Assembly (NCBI GenBank): GCA_018303755.1
Contig: JAGVXO010000007.1
Span: forward strand, 295-64,294
Length of the DNA stretch: 64,000 bases
Origin: Candidatus Pacearchaeota archaeon
GTDB lineage: Archaea; Nanobdellota; Nanobdellia; Pacearchaeales; GW2011-AR1
Direction: 5' to 3'
A program made the position numbers and the translations under genes. Below are positions 30,025 through 39,860 of this stretch, in pieces (the stretch's first letter is position 1; each line of letters starts with the position of its first letter). The notes beneath the pieces are model-generated. The model had not been told where the DNA came from, did not search any database, and saw only the letters and a list, made by a program, of their open reading frames with translations.

Positions 30025-30831
30025 ATGAATAGAAATTTAGTGATTGGACTTTCTGTTACTTTAGTTGCTGTTTTAATTGCAGGAAGCTTGAGCGGATGGT
30101 TTGGATTGACTGGAAACGTAATTTGGGGAAGTTCTCCCTATGCTGATAAGATTGCAAAATTAGGGAAAACATATACTCTAAATTTAGAAGGGAGTAGTCA
30201 TACATTTTTAGTTACCGATTATCAGAGAGAAAATTCTACTTCTGTAGGGTTTATCTGGTTAAATGTGGATGGAGAACTAAAAAAGGTAAGTTATGGGACA
30301 TCTGCTGTTAGATTTTGGGATAATATTGACGTGCAGATTTTACAGTTTTACAATTGGGCAGGAAGTTTTGTTCAAATAAGGTTTTTTTATCTTTACCCTG
30401 AATATACTGATATGAATGATTGTAGGTGGGAATATAATACTTATGATAATGAGTATCTCCCAGAATCTCGGGCGGTAATTTGCAGATATGGTGAAGAAGT
30501 ATTAGTCTCAACCGAATTTGTCACTTGTGATACTCCAAGGTTGGTTGAAACATGGAACTATTGGTGGCCTGGATTTAAAGGTGCACCAACCTTTGGAAGA
30601 GGGTATACTTGTTATGACTCTTCTTCAAATACTGTTTTTAAGCCAGGGTATGTATCTGGAGTATGTTGTAAAGTAAGAAGTACAAATGGATCTCCAGGAG
30701 TAATCTCTTCATTGAAGTCTGGTGCTGAAAATGGAGAAATCTTGGCAAAGGTAAATCAATTGACTTCAGATAATAAAATAATAGAAAGAGATTTAACTTC
30801 TGAAGAAATAGAAGTGACTTTATCTGCTTAA
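30025..30831 (+). CDS. secreted protein (5' paralog of 15386..16540)
   Basis: identical SD and leader; N-terminal hydrophobic signal; Cys, Trp and Tyr-rich. Confidence 0.45.
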   Translation: MNRNLVIGLSVTLVAVLIAGSLSGWFGLTGNVIWGSSPYADKIAKLGKTYTLNLEGSSHTFLVTDYQRENSTSVGFIWLNVDGELKKVSYGTSAVRFWDNIDVQILQFYNWAGSFVQIRFFYLYPEYTDMNDCRWEYNTYDNEYLPESRAVICRYGEEVLVSTEFVTCDTPRLVETWNYWWPGFKGAPTFGRGYTCYDSSSNTVFKPGYVSGVCCKVRSTNGSPGVISSLKSGAENGEILAKVNQLTSDNKIIERDLTSEEIEVTLSA

Positions 30832-30913
30832 GCAATTTATTTTTTATTTTCTTTTTATTTTCTTTTTTCAATACCTTTATTAATTCTTTTTTTCTTATTT
30901 CTATAAGGAATAA

Positions 30914-33130
30914 GTGAAAGAGGGAATAATGGCGGATGTTAATGAGATTTTAAAAAAGTATGGGGGCAAGCTTTCAGAGGGGATTAATGAAGAGTATAAA
31001 TCCGGGGATATAAGCAAAGAGTATATACATTTCAAACAGGATATGATGCCACAGCTTTCAAGATATGAAAAGCTTGCAAAGACGTTTTCTCTTTTAAAAC
31101 TTAAAATGGGAAAAAAGAGCGAGGAGAGAATGAAGAAAAATCTTGATTCTGCGCATCTTGACTTGACTCCTTCTGATGTTGCGACTTTTTCTTTTTTTTC
31201 TGCAGTAATGGTTTTTATGCTCGGACTTGTAATTTATGTTGTTGTTTATATGAATACAGATGAACTTTCTGGCGCAAATGGATTATTTTTAGCGCTTATG
31301 TTTATTGCATCTCTTTTTGTTTTTTATTTTGTATATACCTCTCCTGAAAGAATGGCGAATATGTGGAGATTAAAAGCTGGTTCGCAAATGGTGCCGTGCA
31401 TACTTTATATTGTAGTTTATATGAAGCACACTTCAAATTTGGAAAGAGCAATACATTTTGCATCTCAGAATTTAAAAGCGCCTCTTTCGCTTGATTTGAA
31501 AAAGATTTTCTGGGATGTGGAAACTGGGAGATTCAGCACAATAAAAGAGAGTTTGGATAATTATCTTAAAACATGGGAAAAATACAGCATTGAATTTGTC
31601 GAGGCATTTCATCTTATTGAGAGCAGTTTGTATGAGTCGTCTGAATTAAGAAGAATTCAGATACTTGAAAAATCACTGCAGGTGATTCTTGACGGGGTTT
31701 ATGAAAAGATGCAGTCCTTTTCACGAGAAGTCCGCGGACCTTTGACAAATGTTTATATGCTGGGAGTTGTTCTGCCGACACTTGCGCTTGCACTTCTTCC
31801 TCTTGCTTCGACACTTTTAGGAGGAGTTATAAAAGTTTATCATGTGTTTATACTTTTCAATCTTATTGTTCCTTTTCTTGTGTTTTATATGACTAACAGC
31901 ATTATGCTTAAGCGTCCAGGAGGACATGGAGAGAGCGAGATTTTAGAAATGAATCCTGACTATCCTAAATATAAAAGCAAAAAACCATATTTTATTGCAG
32001 CATTATTTGCAGTTCCATTATTAATTATTGGCTTGATGCCATTGTTTTTTCAATGGGCTTGGTTTGTGCAGACATTTAATCTTGCTCCTGATTATAATCT
32101 TGGAGTTTTAGGCGGGAATTTTGAAGGAGCAGTTATGTTTGATTATAAAAATGCTGATTTAAGTTCTGGAAGCTCGATAATGACACTTGCAGAGCTTAAT
32201 TCTGCAAAAAATATTGCAGGGCCTTTTGGAATTGGCGCGCTTATTCTAAGCTTGTTTGTTCCTCTTTCTGTATGCCTTTTTTTTGCTATTTCTTTTTCTA
32301 TTAAAACAAAAGAGATGATAAAGGCAAGAAAAAATACACAGGAGCTTGAGAAAGAATTTACAAACTCGCTTTTTCAGCTTGGAAACAGGATTGGCGACGG
32401 GCTTCCTGCTGAAGTTGCATTTGCAAGAGTTGCAGAATCAACACGCGGACAGAGAACAGCAGAATTTTTTAGAAAGGTGAATCTTAATCTTCAGCAGTCA
32501 GGAATGTCACTTGAAAACTCTATTTTTCATCCGCGCAATGGGGCAATAATCTTCTTTCCATCACAGCTTATTGCTACGAGTATGAAAATTCTTGTTGAAT
32601 CAGTCAAGAAAGGGCTGAAAATTGCAGCACAGAGTTTAATGAGTATTTCAGAATATCTGAAAAATATAAATAAAGTTGAAGACAGGATGAAGGATTTGCT
32701 TGCAGAGGTTACAAGTGATATGAAAAGCAATATGGTATTTTTGGCGCCTCTTCTTGCAGGAATTGTTGTCGGACTTGCTGGTATGATTACTTCTATAATA
32801 AACAAACTGACTCTTCTAATAGATTCTATGGCTTCTGGACAGGAGATTCCCGGATTTGGAAATATTTCAAATATTGTAAATCTCTTTGAAATAACTAAAA
32901 TGGTTCCGCCTTATTATCTGCAGATTGCAATAGGAATTTATCTTATCGAGATTATTTTTATTCTTACAAAGGTTCTTGTTACAATTGATTCAGGAGAGGA
33001 CAAGTTAAGCACAACAAACAGAATTGGAAAGAATCTTTACACGGGATTATTCCTTTATTTTGTTGTGACTCTTGCAGCAGTCATTACTCTTTATATTCTT
33101 GCAACTGTTTCTTTGGGCGCGATTGGGTGA
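30914..33130 (+). CDS. type IV pilus platform membrane protein (FlaJ/TadC/GspF-like)
   Basis: 738 aa, multiple TM helices in two clusters separated by cytoplasmic domains; immediately downstream of the ATPase locus. Confidence 0.55.
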   Translation: MKEGIMADVNEILKKYGGKLSEGINEEYKSGDISKEYIHFKQDMMPQLSRYEKLAKTFSLLKLKMGKKSEERMKKNLDSAHLDLTPSDVATFSFFSAVMVFMLGLVIYVVVYMNTDELSGANGLFLALMFIASLFVFYFVYTSPERMANMWRLKAGSQMVPCILYIVVYMKHTSNLERAIHFASQNLKAPLSLDLKKIFWDVETGRFSTIKESLDNYLKTWEKYSIEFVEAFHLIESSLYESSELRRIQILEKSLQVILDGVYEKMQSFSREVRGPLTNVYMLGVVLPTLALALLPLASTLLGGVIKVYHVFILFNLIVPFLVFYMTNSIMLKRPGGHGESEILEMNPDYPKYKSKKPYFIAALFAVPLLIIGLMPLFFQWAWFVQTFNLAPDYNLGVLGGNFEGAVMFDYKNADLSSGSSIMTLAELNSAKNIAGPFGIGALILSLFVPLSVCLFFAISFSIKTKEMIKARKNTQELEKEFTNSLFQLGNRIGDGLPAEVAFARVAESTRGQRTAEFFRKVNLNLQQSGMSLENSIFHPRNGAIIFFPSQLIATSMKILVESVKKGLKIAAQSLMSISEYLKNINKVEDRMKDLLAEVTSDMKSNMVFLAPLLAGIVVGLAGMITSIINKLTLLIDSMASGQEIPGFGNISNIVNLFEITKMVPPYYLQIAIGIYLIEIIFILTKVLVTIDSGEDKLSTTNRIGKNLYTGLFLYFVVTLAAVITLYILATVSLGAIG

Positions 33131-33139
33131 TTTTTTCTG

Positions 33140-33545
33140 TTATTTTCTTTAAACACACTATAACTTTTCCTTATTTAACATCTTTTCATCTCACTTTTTT
33201 CTTAATATTATTAAAACAATCCAAAGGACAAATGTATCAATGGAGTCAGATTTGCAGAATAAAATAGGCGAGGCGAAGCCGAGCACAATATTTATTTTGT
33301 TAATATCCAATAATTTTCCCACATTTTACATCTTTTTAATTGCCTTTTTATTTTTTTAATTAGATTTTGATTTAATGCATTTAAACTTTATAAAAACCAA
33401 TGTATCAACGGATTAGGGGTTAGCAGAATAAAACGCGCGCCCGCAGGCGCGCGTTATCTCTCTATTAAACGAGCGAGGCGGAGCCGAGCGAAAATCGTGG
33501 GGTCGCAGGGCGAGCGAACCGAAGGTGAGCGAGCCGTTATACTCT
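33140..33545 (+). repeat. composite intergenic repeat R1, about 2 tandem units, with a perfect GC hairpin
   Basis: two A-blocks (33148-, 33300-) and GC blocks (33265-33290; 33430-33540); hairpin gcgcgcc-cgca-ggcgcgc at 33435-33452. Confidence 0.75.
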
Positions 33546-33605
33546 TCAGAAAGCCGTAGTTTAATTCAGAGATACATTTATTAATTATTCTTTGTTAATT
33601 GAATT

Positions 33606-33770
33606 ATGGTGGAAAGAGAGGATAAACGGGGCTTTGAAATGGATTTTCTTGCGTGGACTTTGCTTGCAATTGCAACTGTTGCAGTTGTTGTGATTATTTA
33701 TCTGGGCATTATCGGAAGACTTGATGGAATAGTTGAATATATAAAAAATGTTTTTACTTTTGGAATATGA
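33606..33770 (+). CDS. small type IV pilin-like protein (class III signal peptide)
   Basis: 54-aa ORF absent from the track: MVEREDKRG|FEMDFLAWTLLAIATVAVVVIIYLGI; ATGA overlap with the next gene. Confidence 0.5.
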   Translation: MVEREDKRGFEMDFLAWTLLAIATVAVVVIIYLGIIGRLDGIVEYIKNVFTFGI

Positions 33771-35065
33771 GGAAACTAAGTAAATCCGGAAAAAGAGGAG
33801 AGTTATCAAGCGACAAATTGCTTACAGTAATTCTTATTATAGTAACTTTGGCACTTGCATTTTATTTTTTGTTTGTGAGAAGCGAAATTAAAAGCCTGAT
33901 TAATATTTTTCCAGATTATACTCCAGGAGGAAATAACGAGATTGTTGTTGAAGAGGGAAGCCAGGTTGACAGCAACTGTGTAAATATTGGTGCTGTGCAA
34001 GTTGATAAAAGTAATTCTAAAGAATATCTTGTTGCAGTCAAACAGAATTTACAGAGTGATAGTTATAACTACCTTGGATTAAAGTATGATGAAAGTACAG
34101 AAACAATAATTTATCCAGTTAAATATTACAGCAAGCATAAAGGGTTTTCAGATATAACTGTTGGAAAAATTGAAGATTCAATAAATAAAGATGGAGAGAA
34201 AGAGAAAAGATTTATTGCAGATAAAAATATGTTTGATGCAAATTCCTTTATTCAAAGCCAAATTGCATTTCAACACGTTTTATCAGGGGTTATAAATCCT
34301 GAAGTTAAACAACAGGGGCTTGCTTATCAGTTATGGACTCTAAATAATGCAAAAGTTTCTTTGAAAGCAGTTTCATCTGATAATGTTTTATTCTTTTTGT
34401 GCAAGAGCAAAGATGAAATTAAGCCCTTGGAATATGTTCCAAGCAAAGTTGATGAAAATGCGCGGGTTTTGAGTTTGAAAGAAATTAATCCAAAATCAAT
34501 TCCAAGTAAGGGAACTATTTGGAATTTGTGGAATTTATTTTCACCTGGAAATCTTTTAGGATATGAAATTGTTTTGCCTTATGATGTTCATTCTAGGGGG
34601 GTTAGAGAATTATCTCAAGAGGATTTAAATTGGGTTAGGAATTATAAAATGTATAAAATTGAGAACTATCTTTTTGTAGGATATACGGATATTCCAGACT
34701 ATATGGCTGAACAATTTGCAAGGAAAGGGATTGGGTTTGATTTTAATGCTGCCACAGTTAGCAATTATTTTCCATTTACTAAGAGTTTTGTGCCTGTTGC
34801 ATTTATATTTCCTGACGGTTCTGTTTGGTTTTATAAAAGTTATTATGATGTTTTTATTGATGAATATAAAGTGATTATTAATGAAAATTTCTTTCTTAAA
34901 GGGGGTTATGCTCCTCACAAAACATTTTCTGGAGATATTGACTATCATTTTGGTTTTGAACCTGAACCAGGTGAAAAATATGGATTTCCTCGTGACTTTG
35001 TAAAATCAAATCTCCGCATAAGCCCTGAGGATTTTAAACTTCTGCATGATGGAATTGGAAAATGA
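33767..35065 (+). CDS. pilin-like protein with class III signal peptide (large)
   Basis: MRKLSKSGKRG|ELSSDKLLTVILIIVTLALAF. Confidence 0.5.
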   Translation: MRKLSKSGKRGELSSDKLLTVILIIVTLALAFYFLFVRSEIKSLINIFPDYTPGGNNEIVVEEGSQVDSNCVNIGAVQVDKSNSKEYLVAVKQNLQSDSYNYLGLKYDESTETIIYPVKYYSKHKGFSDITVGKIEDSINKDGEKEKRFIADKNMFDANSFIQSQIAFQHVLSGVINPEVKQQGLAYQLWTLNNAKVSLKAVSSDNVLFFLCKSKDEIKPLEYVPSKVDENARVLSLKEINPKSIPSKGTIWNLWNLFSPGNLLGYEIVLPYDVHSRGVRELSQEDLNWVRNYKMYKIENYLFVGYTDIPDYMAEQFARKGIGFDFNAATVSNYFPFTKSFVPVAFIFPDGSVWFYKSYYDVFIDEYKVIINENFFLKGGYAPHKTFSGDIDYHFGFEPEPGEKYGFPRDFVKSNLRISPEDFKLLHDGIGK

Positions 35066-35766
35066 GGGAAATAAAATTTGATAGTGATAAAATGAAAAAA
35101 GGAAAATTTAAATTTGGTAATGGTGAAATAAGTAAAAAAGATAGAGGGGATAAAAAAGCAATTCTCCTGCCAGAGGCGCTGAAGATAATTATTGCACTTG
35201 CGTGCCTTGTTCTGCTGGGTTATCTTGCAGTCGATTTGTATTCTTTATTTGCGTCTGCAAACCAAAAACAGCAGGTAAAAGTTCATCTTGATAATCTCAT
35301 TGAACTTTCAAATACAATCAAAGATGGTGAAAGCAAGGAATATGTGCTTATTTATCCTAAGGGATGGGCATTGACAAGCTGGCCTGCAAAAGGATATATT
35401 GAAACTCACCCTCCAACAAGGGTTGGCAATGAGTATATTTCTGGAGACATAGAGCAGATTCCTTATGGAGAAGAAGATGTTCCGGCAATTTGCAAGCAAA
35501 GCAACTGGAAGAGATGCATTTGTTTTTGTGAATGGAGTAACAGCAAAAATTATCTTCTTTGGTGTGAAGGTGAAAATACTATTTGTGACAGTGCTGAAGG
35601 AAAAGAGATTTTTGTAAATCCGCAATTAGATGATAAATTTAGGGATGGATACAGGAATTATTTAGTTATAGCTGATCTTGTTGATATGAAAACATCAGTA
35701 GTTTTATCTGCAAAAGATAATCAGATAACAATTAAACCTTCTGGTAAACCTGCAAAAATTGAATAA
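35062..35766 (+). CDS. pilin-like protein with class III signal peptide
   Basis: ...RGDKKA|ILLPEALKIIIALACLVLLGYLAV; Cys-rich C-terminal domain. Confidence 0.45.
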   Translation: MREIKFDSDKMKKGKFKFGNGEISKKDRGDKKAILLPEALKIIIALACLVLLGYLAVDLYSLFASANQKQQVKVHLDNLIELSNTIKDGESKEYVLIYPKGWALTSWPAKGYIETHPPTRVGNEYISGDIEQIPYGEEDVPAICKQSNWKRCICFCEWSNSKNYLLWCEGENTICDSAEGKEIFVNPQLDDKFRDGYRNYLVIADLVDMKTSVVLSAKDNQITIKPSGKPAKIE

Positions 35767-35929
35767 ATTAATAATGGAGAATAAAAATGCCTGAAAATCT
35801 GCCAATGGAAAATGTTGTGAGAATTTTATTCTGGATAATTTTGTTTATTTTTCTTGGGATAGGGGTTTATCTGATTTATAAAGGACTGACGAACGTATAA
35901 TATAAAAACTCTATTTTATTTGTTTTATA

Positions 35930-36976
35930 ATGGTGCAAAATACCAAGAAAAGAGGCGAGATTTCAATGTCTTTTGTTGCAGGAATTGTTCTTCTGCTTAT
36001 TGGCTTTGGAATTTTATTTTTATTTTATCAGTCTTTGTATAAAGCAGTTGACATTAATAGAACTGCGTGCCATACTTCTGTTATTGGAAGGGCAACGCTT
36101 CCTGCTCTGGCACAGGGATATGTTCCTCTTAAATGCACAACTGCAAAAATATGCATTACTGGAAAGAAAAGCGAGAAATGTGAAGAATTTCTTAACAGCG
36201 AAAGCGTTACAACTGCAGTAGTCAAAAATAGTCCAGAAGGAATTAATCAGATACAGGCAATTTATGCAAATGAAATTATAAGTTGCTGGGCAGCAATGGG
36301 AGAGGGCAGAGTTGATGTTTTTCCTGATTATGTTCAATCACAATTAGGGCTTGGAAATAATGAGCCTGGATGTGTAATCTGCTCGAGGATTGCAATAGAT
36401 AAAGATAGTTTAAATCAGGTGGATTTTTCTAAAATGGACCTTGTCAAATATATGGATAGTCATACTCTTCCTGGAAAAAAAGAGACTTATGTAGAGTATC
36501 TTTCTAAAAATAAAAATGCAGCGCCTGTAAGAATTGGAGAGGATGTACAAATTGTTGATGCAGAAGGAAATATTATTGATAGTGATGATAAATGGAATAA
36601 TAATAAAGAAGCTGAATACGAAGAAACAGCAATTTTATTTGCTCAGCTTAGTGATACTCCTGGCTATTTTGAGGGTCCTTTAAATGGTTTAAAGACTATT
36701 TTTAAGGGAGCTACTATTTCAACAGTTATTTCTCCTTTGGCTACTGTTTATATTGGAAAGACGATTATAACCGAACCTCTCGCATGGGTAGCGATTTTGG
36801 TTGCAGGAGGATATCAAGAATATTCAATTTATAAAAATCGTGCATTCAGCGCAGGATATTGCGGGGATGTTCAGTCAGCAGATAAAGATAAAACTGGGTG
36901 CTCTGCTATTAGAACCGTGCATTATAATGCTCCAGAGATATTAGAGTATTGTGGCACGATTGAAAGTATAGGATAG
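35930..36976 (+). CDS. pilin-like protein with class III signal peptide
   Basis: MVQNTKKRG|EISMSFVAGIVLLLIGFGILF. Confidence 0.5.
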   Translation: MVQNTKKRGEISMSFVAGIVLLLIGFGILFLFYQSLYKAVDINRTACHTSVIGRATLPALAQGYVPLKCTTAKICITGKKSEKCEEFLNSESVTTAVVKNSPEGINQIQAIYANEIISCWAAMGEGRVDVFPDYVQSQLGLGNNEPGCVICSRIAIDKDSLNQVDFSKMDLVKYMDSHTLPGKKETYVEYLSKNKNAAPVRIGEDVQIVDAEGNIIDSDDKWNNNKEAEYEETAILFAQLSDTPGYFEGPLNGLKTIFKGATISTVISPLATVYIGKTIITEPLAWVAILVAGGYQEYSIYKNRAFSAGYCGDVQSADKDKTGCSAIRTVHYNAPEILEYCGTIESIG

Positions 36977-37000
36977 TTATAAATTTTAATTTGTTGTGAA

Positions 37001-37447
37001 ATGAATAAAAAAGGTGAAGAGTTGGTTATTGAACAGGTTATTTTTATAGTTTTGAATATCGTGTTTGTGGGTTTGCTTTTAGCATTTGCTTATAAGACAT
37101 CATCTTCTGCATTTACTTTTGAGCAGAGATATGCAAAAGAAATCGCGCTTCTTATTGACAGCACAGCAGACAATTCTGCACTGAAATTAGATGTTACAGA
37201 AGCATATGAAATTGCCAAAAAAAATAATATTCCAAAAGAGGAGATGATTGTTATTTCTGACAAAGAGGTTATTTTAAAACTTTCTGGAGAAAAAGGATAT
37301 GCTTATCCATATTTTCATAAAGTGAGCATAGATAAAATTGGCGGAATTTCTTATGAAGATAAAAAAGAGGATTCTGGAAATGAGCGAGTTTTTGTCAATA
37401 TAATTCTTGGAAATGCCGGAGGAGAAAATGAGAATGGTCAAGATTAA
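37001..37447 (+). CDS. pilin-like protein with class III signal peptide
   Basis: MNKKG|EELVIEQVIFIVLNIVFVGLLLAFAY. Confidence 0.5.
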   Translation: MNKKGEELVIEQVIFIVLNIVFVGLLLAFAYKTSSSAFTFEQRYAKEIALLIDSTADNSALKLDVTEAYEIAKKNNIPKEEMIVISDKEVILKLSGEKGYAYPYFHKVSIDKIGGISYEDKKEDSGNERVFVNIILGNAGGENENGQD

Positions 37448-37928
37448 TGGAAAAAGAGCAAATTTGCTTTCTGCGTGGTGGATACTTGTGATTATTATAA
37501 TTGGCAGCGGGCTCGTTGCAGGAACACTGTTATTCTTTTTCAATTATGCAAATGTCTCTCTTGCAGAATCAGAGATTTTGGCAAATAATCTTGCAAGATG
37601 TATTTTTGAAAAATCTGTGAATGCAAACGAAGTTTTAGATGAAAATACAGATTTTCTTAATGAGTGCAGTATTAATTCTGAGTTATTCACAGGAAGTTCA
37701 CGTTATTTTGTAAAGATAAATGTAGATTACTCTGATTCTGAAAGAACAGATTTTGTTAAAAAGTATGGTGCAAATGCCTATGAAAAGGATTGCGAAATAA
37801 CACATGCAAAAATAAAGACAAAATATTTCTCCCAGTGTGATATTAAAAAGATAAAAGTACCTGATGAAAAAGGCGGAGCTGATGTTGAAATTACTGCCTC
37901 TTCTAAATCTTCTGGGAGGCAGATATGA
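37434..37928 (+). CDS. pilin-like protein with class III signal peptide
   Basis: MVKINGKRA|NLLSAWWILVIIIIGSGLVAG (ATG 37434 overlaps upstream stop; track start 37407). Confidence 0.5.
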   Translation: MVKINGKRANLLSAWWILVIIIIGSGLVAGTLLFFFNYANVSLAESEILANNLARCIFEKSVNANEVLDENTDFLNECSINSELFTGSSRYFVKINVDYSDSERTDFVKKYGANAYEKDCEITHAKIKTKYFSQCDIKKIKVPDEKGGADVEITASSKSSGRQI

Positions 37929-38560
37929 TAAGAAGCTTGATTAAAAATACGAGAGCACAAGTAGGAGACACTTTAACATGGATAGGCGTGACCATATTAA
38001 TAGTTTTTATAATGATGATTTTTTTGGCAGGAGTTGGATTTTTGTCATCTAAAAAATCAAGTGCTGAAGATGTGAGAGTTTATCCTGCTTCAGAGGAAAT
38101 TTTAATTGGGGATTATGAAACTGACTTGGTTATGATGAATTTTTTTCAGGAGCATAAAAAAGAGATTTTTGAGTGGGTAGATAATGCGCCGAGTTTTAAA
38201 TCTGCTGAAAATATGGAGGATTATTTTAATTTGCAGGATAATAGAGATAAGTATAAACTTTATGATAATTTAGGCAAGGCGTATGCAGGATTTATTTCTG
38301 ACAAAGGATTAGGAACACCGTATTTTTATATAAGAACTTCGGATAAAGAAATGTGGGCTATTTCAGAAGTTTTGAATCTGGAATTAAAATGGCTTTCAAA
38401 TAACAGAGAAAATATTTTTTTATTTAATTTTCAGCCAGGCTATGCTTACTCCTCAGGCACTGATTTGAATGCTCCGCGTTTTTTTGTTGTCACAGACAAA
38501 GGAACTCTTGCAATGATTGTTTTTGATTATGAAAGGGCGGGGAGGGTTGTTACAGGATGA
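37925..38560 (+). CDS. pilin-like protein with class III signal peptide
   Basis: MIRSLIKNTRA|QVGDTLTWIGVTILIVFIMMIFLAGVGFL. Confidence 0.5.
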   Translation: MIRSLIKNTRAQVGDTLTWIGVTILIVFIMMIFLAGVGFLSSKKSSAEDVRVYPASEEILIGDYETDLVMMNFFQEHKKEIFEWVDNAPSFKSAENMEDYFNLQDNRDKYKLYDNLGKAYAGFISDKGLGTPYFYIRTSDKEMWAISEVLNLELKWLSNNRENIFLFNFQPGYAYSSGTDLNAPRFFVVTDKGTLAMIVFDYERAGRVVTG

Positions 38561-39099
38561 GCAGAGAGTTGTTAAAACAGAATAAAAAAGCAATGTCTAT
38601 TCCTTCAACACTTTTGGTATTTCTTGCTTTGTTTCTGGTTGTGACTTTTTTGTTTTATTTTTCAGCAGAAAATGCGAAAAGCGTGAAAAATATTATTTAT
38701 TCTGTTAAATTAACTTCAGATTTATATGAAAGAACAAATTTGATTACATTTTATGTTCAGGATGCTTTGGAAAGAGGCGTGAACTCTGTTGATGTTTCTG
38801 CGAATAATAAAGAAGAATTAATTGCTGAGAAAATGAAGGAAACCCTTGATAAATATAGGTATCCTGACGGGATACTTATTTTTCCAGAATTTGAAAAAAT
38901 TATTGGGCAGATAAGCGCAGAGAAGATTGTTATAATAAATGGTGTTGATGGAACTCCTGAAAAAGCAGAGATTGAACTTGAGATAAGCGCAAAGGGAGGA
39001 ATAAATAGTGGAATAGGAGATAATTATAAAGAAATTGCAAGTGTGGAGAATTTTTATAAAAAGAAATTCAGCACTGAATTTCTTAAAGCGGGCAAATAG
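38557..39099 (+). CDS. pilin-like protein with class III signal peptide
   Basis: ...LKQNKKA|MSIPSTLLVFLALFLVVTFLFYF. Confidence 0.5.
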   Translation: MSRELLKQNKKAMSIPSTLLVFLALFLVVTFLFYFSAENAKSVKNIIYSVKLTSDLYERTNLITFYVQDALERGVNSVDVSANNKEELIAEKMKETLDKYRYPDGILIFPEFEKIIGQISAEKIVIINGVDGTPEKAEIELEISAKGGINSGIGDNYKEIASVENFYKKKFSTEFLKAGK

Positions 39100-39159
39100 G
39101 ATTTATAAATAGGTTGAGAAACATTTATAAATATAATCCCACTTAATAAATAATAAAAG

Positions 39160-39660
39160 ATGGTGAAAATGAATAAAAAAGCGCAGGAGACATCTCTTCT
39201 TGTCTGGATTGTCGGAATTGCTGCTGTTGTTATAATTATCATATTCCTTGCAGGAGGATTTGGATTTTTAGGGGATATATTTAATGTAGCTCCTGGAAAA
39301 GCACTTGAAGTAAGATTGGAAGCATGCAAGCTTGCAGTTAATACAAATAATCCCACTTCATTCTGCAGATTTGATTTAATAAAAGTCCCTGGATACAGCA
39401 ATGAGATTTATGTAAATTGTGAGTTTAGTGATTTGGCTTCAGGATTAGCAGAAAATCCTGATGTGGATACAACTGCATTGACAGAAATTAAAAAAAGCTG
39501 TGTAAATTCTGATGTAGAACTTTGCATAAGAAATTATAAGGACGATATGGATAAATTTACTAAGATAATTATTAATGGAAAGACTTGTGAAAAGACAAAT
39601 AATGGTTTAGAATTTGGCGGTGTTTGTGACTTAGATGCGAAAACTTGTGGAAACCCTTAA
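39160..39660 (+). CDS. pilin-like protein with class III signal peptide, Cys-rich
   Basis: MVKMNKKA|QETSLLVWIVGIAAVVIIIIFLAGG; 9 Cys in the ectodomain. Confidence 0.5.
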   Translation: MVKMNKKAQETSLLVWIVGIAAVVIIIIFLAGGFGFLGDIFNVAPGKALEVRLEACKLAVNTNNPTSFCRFDLIKVPGYSNEIYVNCEFSDLASGLAENPDVDTTALTEIKKSCVNSDVELCIRNYKDDMDKFTKIIINGKTCEKTNNGLEFGGVCDLDAKTCGNP

Positions 39661-39860
39661 AATTTTAAAATAACTTTAAAAACAATCTTTTCTTTAATAT
39701 TAAAATGTCAGACGACTACGGCTTTGAAGGAAAGAGAACAACAAAAAAGGATTTGAAGAGAAAGCGCAAGGCGCGAGTGTATAAAAGAGGTGGGCAGAAT
39801 AGGGTTGATGAAAAGAGATGGTGATTTTTGGGATATTGCTTTTTTATAATTCTTTTATTC

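Noticed and set aside
33420-33545. GC-rich islands at 15220-15260, 21575-21620, 29830-29880, 33420-33545, 50640-50700 and 50860-50920 as tRNA or other structured RNA genes
   Set aside because: They are low-complexity GCGA/GAGC reiterations. They lack a T-loop (GTTCRANYC), anticodon-arm and acceptor-stem complementarity. They are members of the repeat family rather than tRNAs. No tRNA or rRNA could be recognised by eye in this window.
39705-39824. 39-aa highly basic ORF (MSDDYGFEGKRTTKKDLKRKRKARVYKRGGQNRVDEKRW) after the pilin array
   Set aside because: It is too short and featureless to call. It might be a small nucleic-acid-binding or ribosomal-type protein but cannot be supported from the sequence alone.
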